Shown: positions 9,663 through 18,169 of the stretch, in pieces
Layout: every line of letters starts with the position of its first letter
How positions within the stretch are numbered: the first letter of the stretch is position 1
DNA from: Candidatus Hermodarchaeum yapensis
GTDB lineage: Archaea; Asgardarchaeota; Hermodarchaeia; Hermodarchaeales; Hermodarchaeaceae
Assembly (NCBI GenBank): GCA_016840405.1
Contig: JAEOSK010000018.1
Location: 1-54,847 of the forward strand
Direction: 5' to 3'
Length of the DNA: 54,847 bases
Made by a program: the position numbers and the translations under genes
Notes under the pieces: model-generated
What the model was told of the DNA's origin: nothing
Databases searched by the model: none
The model's input: the letters and a program-made list of their open reading frames with translations, nothing else

Positions 9663-11054
9663 GTGAACTATAGAAATGATTTGAATGTGGATGGTCTGAA
9701 ATTGTCAAAGAGTGGTCAACGACCTTGTTGTATCATGGTGTTTCCTCTTTTTCTTTTGTTGATTTTATTTCCAGTCGTTAGTCAAACATTTCTTCCCTCT
9801 TCGAATCTCATTCTCCAAGATTGTCATGAGGCTAGAAATCAGCTTCCAATACAGATCAAATCACTGAATCTTGATTTAAGTTTGATATGGAATCGAACCT
9901 ATAGTCGGTCAACTTATGATAGGGGTTATGGTATTGTGGAATGCCAAGATGGGGGCTTTGCCATCATTGGTGAAACACGTCAGGAAGGAATTGATTTTCG
10001 ATCTGATGTATGGTTGTTGCGGGTGGATGACGCAGGGAATCTGCTCTGGAACACGACTTTTGGGAGTGTGGATGATGAACGAGGATATGATATCGTTGAG
10101 AGAACGAATGGTGGGTTTGCCTTTGTGGGTGTCCGTGACGGGGATTTGTACTTCGTTGAAACGAATTCTAATGGCTTTCATCTTCGAAGTCGCACCCTTT
10201 TTGCGGGAGGAGTAAGTCTTGGGTTTTCCATTGTCGCTTGCCAACCCCTTGGTTATGCAATTCTCGGAATGATTTCGTATAATCAGACTTGGCTAATCCG
10301 GATTAATACATTGAACCTTGTTATTTGGAACCAAACATATGATTTGGCACTTTTTGAGGGAGGTGATTCACTAGTTGAGTGTCAGGATGGAGGGTTTGCA
10401 TTTACAGGAACTTCGAATTACCGCACTACTCCTGATGTCATGTTAGTTCGTACGGATATGAATGGAACTGTTTTATGGAATCAAACCTATGGAGGGAGTG
10501 GAGACTATTTCAATCAAGGTTTGGTGGAATGTGAGGATGGTGGATTTGCGTTTGCTGGTGCAAAACGTGAATATGACGAGTTAGAGTTTAACATTTGGTT
10601 AGTTCGAACAGATCCACTCGGTGAAATGTTGTGGAATGCCACCTATGGGGATGCAGATGAATATGGAATCGCAAACGCCCTTATTCAGACAAGTGCTGGT
10701 GGATTTGCTCTGACTGGATTTGAGGATATGTATGCGGGTTTCTCTGATATTGTTTTCTTGGTGATAGGTCCTTCTGGTGAACCGCTTATCGATAGTAGGT
10801 TAGGAAGCTTTGTCGCAGAGGTGGGGCATTCAATTGTGAAATGTCAGGATGCAGGGTTTGCTATTGTCGGTGAACTCTTTAATTTCGAAAATGTTTATAG
10901 TGTGATATTAATTCGGATTCCTGGTCCTCAGAATCCGTCCAGATCTTTGTGGTTAGAACTTGCGCTTTGGCTTCCAATAGGTGTGAGTGCCTTGATTGTC
11001 GTGTTGACAATGTGGCTGCTTAGGTCGAAAAAACGGGCATCTGAAAAGCTGTAG
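9663..11054 (+). CDS. Tandem paralogue: surface 7-bladed beta-propeller protein
   Basis: Same repeat type and architecture as 8254..9621. Confidence 0.8.
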   Translation: MNYRNDLNVDGLKLSKSGQRPCCIMVFPLFLLLILFPVVSQTFLPSSNLILQDCHEARNQLPIQIKSLNLDLSLIWNRTYSRSTYDRGYGIVECQDGGFAIIGETRQEGIDFRSDVWLLRVDDAGNLLWNTTFGSVDDERGYDIVERTNGGFAFVGVRDGDLYFVETNSNGFHLRSRTLFAGGVSLGFSIVACQPLGYAILGMISYNQTWLIRINTLNLVIWNQTYDLALFEGGDSLVECQDGGFAFTGTSNYRTTPDVMLVRTDMNGTVLWNQTYGGSGDYFNQGLVECEDGGFAFAGAKREYDELEFNIWLVRTDPLGEMLWNATYGDADEYGIANALIQTSAGGFALTGFEDMYAGFSDIVFLVIGPSGEPLIDSRLGSFVAEVGHSIVKCQDAGFAIVGELFNFENVYSVILIRIPGPQNPSRSLWLELALWLPIGVSALIVVLTMWLLRSKKRASEKL

Positions 11055-11121
11055 TAGTCAATCTTAAATCTATGGATTGCCTCCGAGATAAAATAAGAAC
11101 GATTTCATTCTGTCAAGGTGG

Positions 11122-11760
11122 ATGAACATGCCGATTGGTGACTGGTATATTCCCGAAGGCAAACTCAGCAAAAACTTGATGAAACTTATCCCTGGTGAAG
11201 ACACAATCATCTATACGTCTGCAGTGTTAGTTGAAACTGGGGATGAACTACGTGGCCATATGGTCAAAGTAGGTCAGTTAGCTATCACCAATCGTGGTGT
11301 CGCGTTTTTTGCCAAACGGAAGGGCTTAACCGGCGGAATCCTAGCGTTCCGTGGAGGACCCTTTCAAGAATACATTCGCTATGACCAAATTACCAAAATT
11401 AAGAGTAGGGGAGAACGTGTAACCATTTGGATTGCCCCAGATATTGATTCTAAAGACAAAGAAGAGAAATGGTATGAACTGATCGTTTCCCAGTCCAGGC
11501 CTCACGAGAAGAAGCAGGCCTTTGATCGACGGAAAAAACAATTCAGTGCAGTGTTAGAACACGCGATGTATCGATATCGTACAGGTCAAGCAAAACCGGA
11601 TCTTCCGAAGAAGAGTAAACATCCTGCTGTATCTGTACGTGCGACTCCAAAACGTACACGACGACGACGTGTTCAATACTGTCCTAAGTGTGGAGCATTT
11701 TTAGAAGAGCCTGAAGCCTTTTGTGAAGGTTGCGGAGCCCCTCTCCAGCCACCAGAATAG
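11122..11760 (+). CDS. PH/GRAM-like domain protein with C-terminal zinc ribbon
   Basis: GQLAITNRGVAFF...IRYDQITKIK PH/GRAM-like pattern; basic linker; CPKCG..FCEGCG. Confidence 0.6.
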   Translation: MNMPIGDWYIPEGKLSKNLMKLIPGEDTIIYTSAVLVETGDELRGHMVKVGQLAITNRGVAFFAKRKGLTGGILAFRGGPFQEYIRYDQITKIKSRGERVTIWIAPDIDSKDKEEKWYELIVSQSRPHEKKQAFDRRKKQFSAVLEHAMYRYRTGQAKPDLPKKSKHPAVSVRATPKRTRRRRVQYCPKCGAFLEEPEAFCEGCGAPLQPPE

Positions 11761-11766
11761 TTTTCG

Positions 11767-12309
11767 TTAGGGGACTCGACCACGAACGCGGTTGATGGCA
11801 TAGAGAGCAATGCGCTCAAAGACATTTTCGATGTTATCGCCATCTTTTGCGCTGGTTTCGATGAATTCAGCACCGAGTTGTTTGCCCATTCCTTGACCTT
11901 CGTTCTCTTCTACGACTCGTTCATCTTTAAGGTCAATTTTATTACCGATTACGATTTTGAGTGATTCGCCTGCGTGCTTGTCAACTTGACGTGACCAAGT
12001 GGGCAGGTTGTCAAAACTATCGCGGTTCGTGATGTCATATACCATCAAGGCACCTATGGCGCCAATGAAATATCGCTCCACGAGGTTCCGAAACCGTTCT
12101 TGACCAGCCGTATCGTAAATCAGGAGGGCGATGCGTCGTCCCTCGACGGTGACGATTTTCCGGAAAATGTCAGTACCAATAGTCGCCTTGTAGGAGGATT
12201 CAAAGGATCCGGTGACGTATCGTCCTGCGATACTTGTTTTTCCTACGGCTGCATCGCCTACTGCGATTACTTTTAATGAAACATCTGCGTCATCAATGCC
12301 GCTTGTCAA
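11767..12309 (-). CDS. Rab-like small GTPase
   Basis: G1 GDAAVGKTS, G2 TIG, G3 DTAGQERF, G4 NKID, G5 ETSAK; RabF-like motifs. Confidence 0.95.
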   Translation of the reverse strand: MTSGIDDADVSLKVIAVGDAAVGKTSIAGRYVTGSFESSYKATIGTDIFRKIVTVEGRRIALLIYDTAGQERFRNLVERYFIGAIGALMVYDITNRDSFDNLPTWSRQVDKHAGESLKIVIGNKIDLKDERVVEENEGQGMGKQLGAEFIETSAKDGDNIENVFERIALYAINRVRGRVP

Positions 12310-12402
12310 TGTCTTTTCCCCACAGGCTGAGGGTTATTATTTTGCTATACATTTAGGCTATAAGAAGTTTTCACACATTGTTCGAACTGAGTTGGTTAGG
12401 AA

Positions 12403-12921
12403 TTAGAAGTCGAGTCTGTAGAGGTTTGAGCCATCTGCGCCATGGACGAATTGGAATTGCAGGCGTTGAACAATCCGTAGCATGGGCGTGTTTGTGACAT
12501 TTACAAGTGCAAATAGTCGGTATAACCCCTCTTTTTTCGCGATTTCAACGAGCTGCCGCATCATATTTGTTCCAAGCCGTTTGTTCTGGAAGTCATCACG
12601 GACTAAAATTGAGATTTCAGCACTACCTGAGTTCTTATCAAGAAAGTACCAACAATCACCAATGACATGCAGCTTTCCTTTCTCGTTATAATATTCTGCA
12701 ACCAAACATAAATTTCCTGTGTCAACACAGCCTTTGATGGATCGAAGCCATTCACGGGCATCAGTCCACCCGAACCGTTTTCTTAGGGATTCCTCGGTTG
12801 ATTTCGTATACAATTCTTCAAGCTTGTCATATTCGTCAAAATTGAGTGGCCGAACTTGCACACAGCGTCCATCACTGAGTTCAACTTCACAGTTAAATTC
12901 GGGAGGGTACATTCCACCCAT
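12403..12921 (-). CDS. GNAT acetyltransferase (Pat-type GNAT domain)
   Basis: VRPL..D...S...RF, AEISILVRDDFQNKRLGT and N.PM motifs. Confidence 0.85.
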   Translation of the reverse strand: MGGMYPPEFNCEVELSDGRCVQVRPLNFDEYDKLEELYTKSTEESLRKRFGWTDAREWLRSIKGCVDTGNLCLVAEYYNEKGKLHVIGDCWYFLDKNSGSAEISILVRDDFQNKRLGTNMMRQLVEIAKKEGLYRLFALVNVTNTPMLRIVQRLQFQFVHGADGSNLYRLDF

Positions 12922-13067
12922 ATGCAGTCCTCAGGGATTATTCTTGCTATATTAGTAAAAAGGGTCATTTAAACAATACAGTTTGTACTCAATCCAAGGA
13001 GTATATTCAATTTTTCAGCTAAACGGTGTGATTTAAAATACCGAAAGGTTCTTGGCAAATCCACTGC

Positions 13068-13637
13068 GTGAATGGTTACATGGTGACGAATATGAATGTA
13101 GAACAGGCTATCAAGGAACGTCGAGCCTATCGAGCCCTTGACCTGGTTGATATCACGGAGGAGCTGATTCAGAAACTGGCAGAGGCCGCACAGTTAGCCC
13201 CATCATGCTTTAACAATCAACCTTCGCGATTTGTATTCATTCACACTCCGAAGGTACTAGAAAAGCTGCACCCCGTGCTTACTCGGGGAAACAAATGGGT
13301 TGAAGCCGCTTCGCTGATAATCGTTGTGTACAGTCAGCGTGACCTCGATTGCAAACTTCCCGGACGTGACTATTATCTCTTTGATATTGGACTGTCTACA
13401 GCATTTCTCATTCTCCGAGCAACGGAGTTGGGATTGGTGGCCCACCCGATTGCCGGATTTGATGATGAAAAGGTGAAGGAAATTCTCGACATTCCACAGG
13501 ATATGACAGTTATCACTCTCGTTATTGTAGGCAAGCATTCGGAAACCATTTCAGATCTTCTTTCTGAGAAGCAGGCTAGCGTGGAAACAAATCGACCTCC
13601 AAGAAAAACTGTTGAAGAATTCATTAGTATTCGATAA
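13068..13637 (+). CDS. Nitroreductase family protein
   Basis: RRAYR, APSCFNNQP and ATELGL..HPIAGFD motifs; the start may be the ATG of MNVEQ. Confidence 0.9.
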   Translation: MNGYMVTNMNVEQAIKERRAYRALDLVDITEELIQKLAEAAQLAPSCFNNQPSRFVFIHTPKVLEKLHPVLTRGNKWVEAASLIIVVYSQRDLDCKLPGRDYYLFDIGLSTAFLILRATELGLVAHPIAGFDDEKVKEILDIPQDMTVITLVIVGKHSETISDLLSEKQASVETNRPPRKTVEEFISIR

Positions 13638-13678
13638 TGCGTCCTATCAGGATTGGAGTGCTTGTTTTGTCAAGATTA

Positions 13679-15175
13679 TCAACAGAGATTTGATATTGTG
13701 TGTCGAGTTTCGATAAGTGGTATACGATTCATTTCGGTCAATTGCTTGAGCATTTGGTGTCCATCGATTAATTCGTAGGGCGAGATTATTCCGCCACGTT
13801 GGAGGATTTGTTCGATTGTTCGACCAAAGAGAGTGTTGTCTTCTTTGTGGCGAAATAGCTTAGGTCGCTTTCGGTTATCGAGGATTGGAGGGTATTGGAG
13901 AAGAGCCATGACGAGTAATGTGGTTGGCCAGCAGGTGAGATGTTGCATAGCTGTGAATCCCTTTGGGCTATTAACAGGGATATTGTCATGGAGAGCAATG
14001 AGTTCGATGGCATGTGGTGCGCTTTGAGGAGTGCTTTGTACCCAGACTCGAAGGAGCACCATATCAGGATACCCTGAGTTCTTCGGATTAGTGATGTTTG
14101 ATTTCCAATGAGTTAGGGTCTCGTCAAGTGTGCCGTCTTGGACCATTTTCGTCCAGGTTTGATAGTGCGGTGAAAATCGGAGTGTTTTGTATTCTAAGTG
14201 TTGGACGCTTATTTGAAATTTCGAGTCAAAGCACATTCTGGACGTGCCATCGGCTGTTGGTCTAGCCTGTAATTGTTGGAGAATCAGTGTTGATCCTTGT
14301 TGTTGAAGGAGTTCTGGTTCCACTCGGTCAATTAATAATTGTTGGATATCAGAAGACGTGATTTTGAAGGGTTGAATGCCGATGGGAAGTGGTTTGGTGT
14401 TTGGGTCTTCCCAGTATTCAGAATTGGTGAATGTGCTTGTAGAGGTTAGTGAACCATCTCGGAGGCTGTATGCAGGTTGTTGGTACTCGTATAGGAGGCC
14501 TTCTGGTGAGAAGGTTGGTCCGTAGTGTAGTTGTCCTCCTTTGGCGGTATGTTGTGGTAATCCTCCGACTCGCATTTGAACTGAAAATACTGTGTCTGAA
14601 GGAGATTCGTTTAGTGCTGTTTCAAAGAGGGTGTTTCCGAATATATTGGCTAGCCCTGGGGCTAGTCCACTTTCTTGGATGATGCGAATCGGATCTTTGG
14701 CGTTAATAATTGCTTGATCGAGTTGTTGGAGTGCTTCTATTGTTGGTAATTGTTGTCCTAAATCGATGTAATCGCTTCCGACTTGCTGGGCAAGAGGTAT
14801 ATAGATTTGTTGCGTAAAGAATGGTGCTGCGTTCACGAGTATACGGGGTTCTAACTCTTTGACAGCGCCTGTGAGAATGGAAAGTACCTGATTAATGTCC
14901 TGTGGACTGAGAATATGTTTAGAGATTATCGATTGCAATTTAGTGGTTTGAGTTGTAGAGAAGTGTTCACGCAGGTTTTTGCTTGACCCTAGTTGTGCTT
15001 GTTGTATTTCTTGTTGGCACTGTTCTTCGGCTGGTTGATAGGGATCATAAATCCAAAGATCGAGTGATACTCCTTGGTGCCGTTGTTCTATTAGTAGCAT
15101 TCGGGCGAGTCCTCGTCCCATTTGACCGCAACCAATGAGAAGTACTGAGGAGTACACCATCCTTGTAACGCTCAC
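13679..15175 (-). CDS. Saccharopine/lysine dehydrogenase family oxidoreductase with insertions
   Basis: GCGQMG Rossmann motif; YIDLG, GLAPGLAN, VGGLP, FSPEGLLYEY, LEYKTLR and TAM motifs. Confidence 0.8.
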   Translation of the reverse strand: MSVTRMVYSSVLLIGCGQMGRGLARMLLIEQRHQGVSLDLWIYDPYQPAEEQCQQEIQQAQLGSSKNLREHFSTTQTTKLQSIISKHILSPQDINQVLSILTGAVKELEPRILVNAAPFFTQQIYIPLAQQVGSDYIDLGQQLPTIEALQQLDQAIINAKDPIRIIQESGLAPGLANIFGNTLFETALNESPSDTVFSVQMRVGGLPQHTAKGGQLHYGPTFSPEGLLYEYQQPAYSLRDGSLTSTSTFTNSEYWEDPNTKPLPIGIQPFKITSSDIQQLLIDRVEPELLQQQGSTLILQQLQARPTADGTSRMCFDSKFQISVQHLEYKTLRFSPHYQTWTKMVQDGTLDETLTHWKSNITNPKNSGYPDMVLLRVWVQSTPQSAPHAIELIALHDNIPVNSPKGFTAMQHLTCWPTTLLVMALLQYPPILDNRKRPKLFRHKEDNTLFGRTIEQILQRGGIISPYELIDGHQMLKQLTEMNRIPLIETRHTISNLC

Positions 15176-15184
15176 TATGTGTGG

Positions 15185-15907
15185 TTATTCAGGTTCAGTT
15201 AATTCATAGGTTATACGAATTGTGCCTTTTCCTTTGCTTTTGCGTTTTGTAATTCGAATACCATTTAGTTCGCCTGTTGATTGCACGTGCGTACCTGCAC
15301 AGGGATAGGCATCATATTCGCCAATTTGGACTAATCGCACTTGTTTAACAGAACTGGGTAATTTTGTAAGATCAGACCGATCTGGTCCCATTCTATTTAC
15401 TAATTCTTCACGAGGGATGACTTCTATGGTGACAGGGAGATTCTGACTAATGATATCGTTAACAGCATTCTCAATACCAGGTAAATCACTGGATTGAAAG
15501 GTTGCAGGTGCAAAGTCAATATGAGAGTATTCGGCACGAATTTGGTTGCCGGCAGTTTGTGCCCCAAATTGGTCAAAAACGATTCGGCTTACAATATGTT
15601 GGGCAGTGTGCATGCGCATGTACTTGTAGCGGTTCTCCCAATCCAGTCGCATGAACACTTCATCTCCTACCTTCGGAATAGGACCTTCTAGATGGTGAAG
15701 GATGCGGTTGCCTTTCTTAGCAACATGCGTGATGATTGCTGTTCCAGCAGGTGTGTCTAGTCGTCCTGTATCGGTTGGTTGGCCTCCTCCCTCAGGATAG
15801 AATATCGTATCACGTAATGTAACAGCATCTTCGAGAACTTCAGTTACTGTAGTAGCTGCTTCTCGGAGGTAGCTATCTTGCAGGAATAGGAGTTCAGTTT
15901 GTGCCAA
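15185..15907 (-). CDS. alaX: Alanyl-tRNA editing protein AlaX (AlaXM size class)
   Basis: FYPEGGGQPTDTG, HxxxH (HTAQH) and CxGxH (CAGTH) Zn motifs. Confidence 0.9.
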   Translation of the reverse strand: MAQTELLFLQDSYLREAATTVTEVLEDAVTLRDTIFYPEGGGQPTDTGRLDTPAGTAIITHVAKKGNRILHHLEGPIPKVGDEVFMRLDWENRYKYMRMHTAQHIVSRIVFDQFGAQTAGNQIRAEYSHIDFAPATFQSSDLPGIENAVNDIISQNLPVTIEVIPREELVNRMGPDRSDLTKLPSSVKQVRLVQIGEYDAYPCAGTHVQSTGELNGIRITKRKSKGKGTIRITYELTEPE

Positions 15908-15964
15908 TTAGATGACCTCTCGGAGTTTCCAATAGTTTTGTAGTTCTTAAGGATTGACCCGTTT

Positions 15965-16426
15965 CTAAATTACTCGACCGAATTTTATCCCTGATATTTC
16001 GATTGGTGTAATGAGAATGACCCGAACCTCGGCTAGTTCTTCATCGCGTTTGCGACCAGGTTTTTTCATATAGGGTTCAAACCCTTCCGGGACCCGATAC
16101 TTATTGATATGTAATTGTAGATATGGAATCATATCTTTGGGTTTATCAAGGATTTCCGCTGTTCCTTTGATGATAACACTCTTGTACATGGATGTGTCGG
16201 AGAAAGTTTCATCCACTTCAAAACAGATGGTCGGTTTGGATTTCAGCGCCTTCATTTTTTTACCTGCAACACAGGAGTGGATGGCGATTTTTCCTTTATC
16301 ATAGACATATCCAACGGGGACAATGTATGGACCGTCATCTAAACATAACCCTAAACGACCCACTCGGGCACAGGTAAGGAATTGGTCAATCTCGTCAGAA
16401 GACATAGAGTTTTTACTTTTAGACAT
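15965..16426 (-). CDS. Pyridoxamine 5'-phosphate oxidase-like / NimA-like flavin-binding protein
   Basis: VGRLGL..PYIVPV.Y..H...GKK...CFEVD..YKSVII.G pattern. Confidence 0.85.
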   Translation of the reverse strand: MSKSKNSMSSDEIDQFLTCARVGRLGLCLDDGPYIVPVGYVYDKGKIAIHSCVAGKKMKALKSKPTICFEVDETFSDTSMYKSVIIKGTAEILDKPKDMIPYLQLHINKYRVPEGFEPYMKKPGRKRDEELAEVRVILITPIEISGIKFGRVI

Positions 16427-16536
16427 AACGAAGTGAAACCCCCAAAATGGTTTTCATAAGTCAAATTATACAGAGTACACCCTACATCTATGATATAAGA
16501 TAGCACCATCCATAACTTCCAACTAGAGTGTGATCC

Positions 16537-17496
16537 TTGATGGATACCCTTGATCGAAAACTGCTTTGGGAACTCCATGAAAACTGTCGTGCCTCCTACC
16601 AGAAATTATCGAGCGTGTTAGGCATATCTGCTAATGCCGTGAAAAAACGAGTGGGAAAACTCATCGATACTGGAATCATCTATAATTACACCATCATGCT
16701 CTCTTTGGATATGCTGAAATCAGAAGTTTTGTACGGACTTGTCTACACGGATGGAGAGGAAATTGCTCAGGAGTTCATTAACCAGGTCGGATCGAACTCC
16801 ATGATCCACGTGGTGGGTTCAATTGCTAGCCTGAGTGGGGGCGCATACATTATCTCAGCCCAATACATCGGGTCACAAGGATTAGCCGAGTTAGGTCGAT
16901 TCCTGCGCACTCTCGATCATGTCTTGAAAGTCGAACTGTTCCCGCTCTTAATTCCAAAAGACCACGCTGATTTACAGATGGTTCCTATTCGCTCAAAACA
17001 GACAGGTGGAGAATTTACAAAAACCGAGTTGAAAGTACTCAAATGTTTGGTTGATGATGCAAGGATGCCCATCAGTGATATCGCGAACCAGACAGGATTA
17101 ACCGCCCGTAGAGTAGGTCGAACCATCCAGCAGCTCATGGATCGCGGGGTCATGTTCTCCGTGCGTTGGAATCTCAGTGCTGGCGGATTAGACGTGGTTA
17201 TGATACGAATCCGGATTGATGAACACCAAAAGTCAATCGGTGAAGTTACCGAATATTTACGTTCCGAGTTCCCCGATGAATTTTGGTTACCATATATATC
17301 CGCCGAAGAACCGCTAGTCTTTGCCATCTTTGTAGTGCCAAACATGCAAGTTGCGGAAAAAATCGCCCGTGTAATCAAACAGGCACCCTTCGCTAAATCC
17401 GTTGCTGTTTCTGTGCAATTCTCGGAAACCAAATTCCCCTGGCTAGGAGAAATAAAGATTAAAGAAATGATTAAAGACGCTGGACTTACTAGTTAG
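16537..17496 (+). CDS. Tandem (double) Lrp/AsnC-family transcriptional regulator
   Basis: Two HTH-AsnC units (LDRKLLWELHENCRASY.. and ELKVLKCLVDDARMPISDIA..), each followed by a RAM-like domain. Confidence 0.85.
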   Translation: MMDTLDRKLLWELHENCRASYQKLSSVLGISANAVKKRVGKLIDTGIIYNYTIMLSLDMLKSEVLYGLVYTDGEEIAQEFINQVGSNSMIHVVGSIASLSGGAYIISAQYIGSQGLAELGRFLRTLDHVLKVELFPLLIPKDHADLQMVPIRSKQTGGEFTKTELKVLKCLVDDARMPISDIANQTGLTARRVGRTIQQLMDRGVMFSVRWNLSAGGLDVVMIRIRIDEHQKSIGEVTEYLRSEFPDEFWLPYISAEEPLVFAIFVVPNMQVAEKIARVIKQAPFAKSVAVSVQFSETKFPWLGEIKIKEMIKDAGLTS

Positions 17497-17511
17497 CTTC
17501 CGGAGATCAAT

Positions 17512-18159
17512 GTGTTGTTTTGGCATTTCATTATCTATGGAATTGCCATCGTCTTTGTAATTTTCATCTTCTTTTTTTGTGTCGTTCTACGCATTATTAG
17601 ACGCTATTACCACTTTCCCATCCCTGCCGTTCTGACCCGAGTAATCGACAATCCATGGCGGCGCCGGTTCATCCAAAAACCTCGTGTTGTTGCAGACCGA
17701 TTGAAGCTAGAACCAGGAATGATTGTCGTCGAAATTGGCCCAGGGAAAGGAAACTATACCAAAGCCTTCGCAGAACGTGTTCTCCCGAATGGGAAGGTCT
17801 ATGCTGTTGATATTTCTGAGTCAATTATTGAATATCTGAAAAAGCGTGTGGAAGAAGAAGAGATTCCCAATATAATACCAAAGATTGATAACGCTCACAA
17901 CTTTTCCTTTGCCGATGAGAGTGTAGATCGTGTCATTGCGATAGCCTGCCTTCCAGAAATCCCAGAGCCAGTCAGGGTTCTTAAAGAAATTCGCCGAATC
18001 CTGAAACCTGATGGTCTTCTTTCTCTGAGCGAACTAGCACCTGACCCCGATTATCCTAGACGAAAAACTGTTAAACAGTGGACCAATGAAGCCGGATTTA
18101 TACTCCAAAGTGAATATGGGAATTGGTTTGTATACCAGATTAATTTCTGTAAGAGTTAG
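17512..18159 (+). CDS. Class I SAM-dependent methyltransferase with N-terminal TM helix
   Basis: VVEIGPGKG, YAVDIS, DESVD and RILKPDG motifs. Confidence 0.9.
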   Translation: MLFWHFIIYGIAIVFVIFIFFFCVVLRIIRRYYHFPIPAVLTRVIDNPWRRRFIQKPRVVADRLKLEPGMIVVEIGPGKGNYTKAFAERVLPNGKVYAVDISESIIEYLKKRVEEEEIPNIIPKIDNAHNFSFADESVDRVIAIACLPEIPEPVRVLKEIRRILKPDGLLSLSELAPDPDYPRRKTVKQWTNEAGFILQSEYGNWFVYQINFCKS

Positions 18160-18169
18160 TGGAAAGTTA

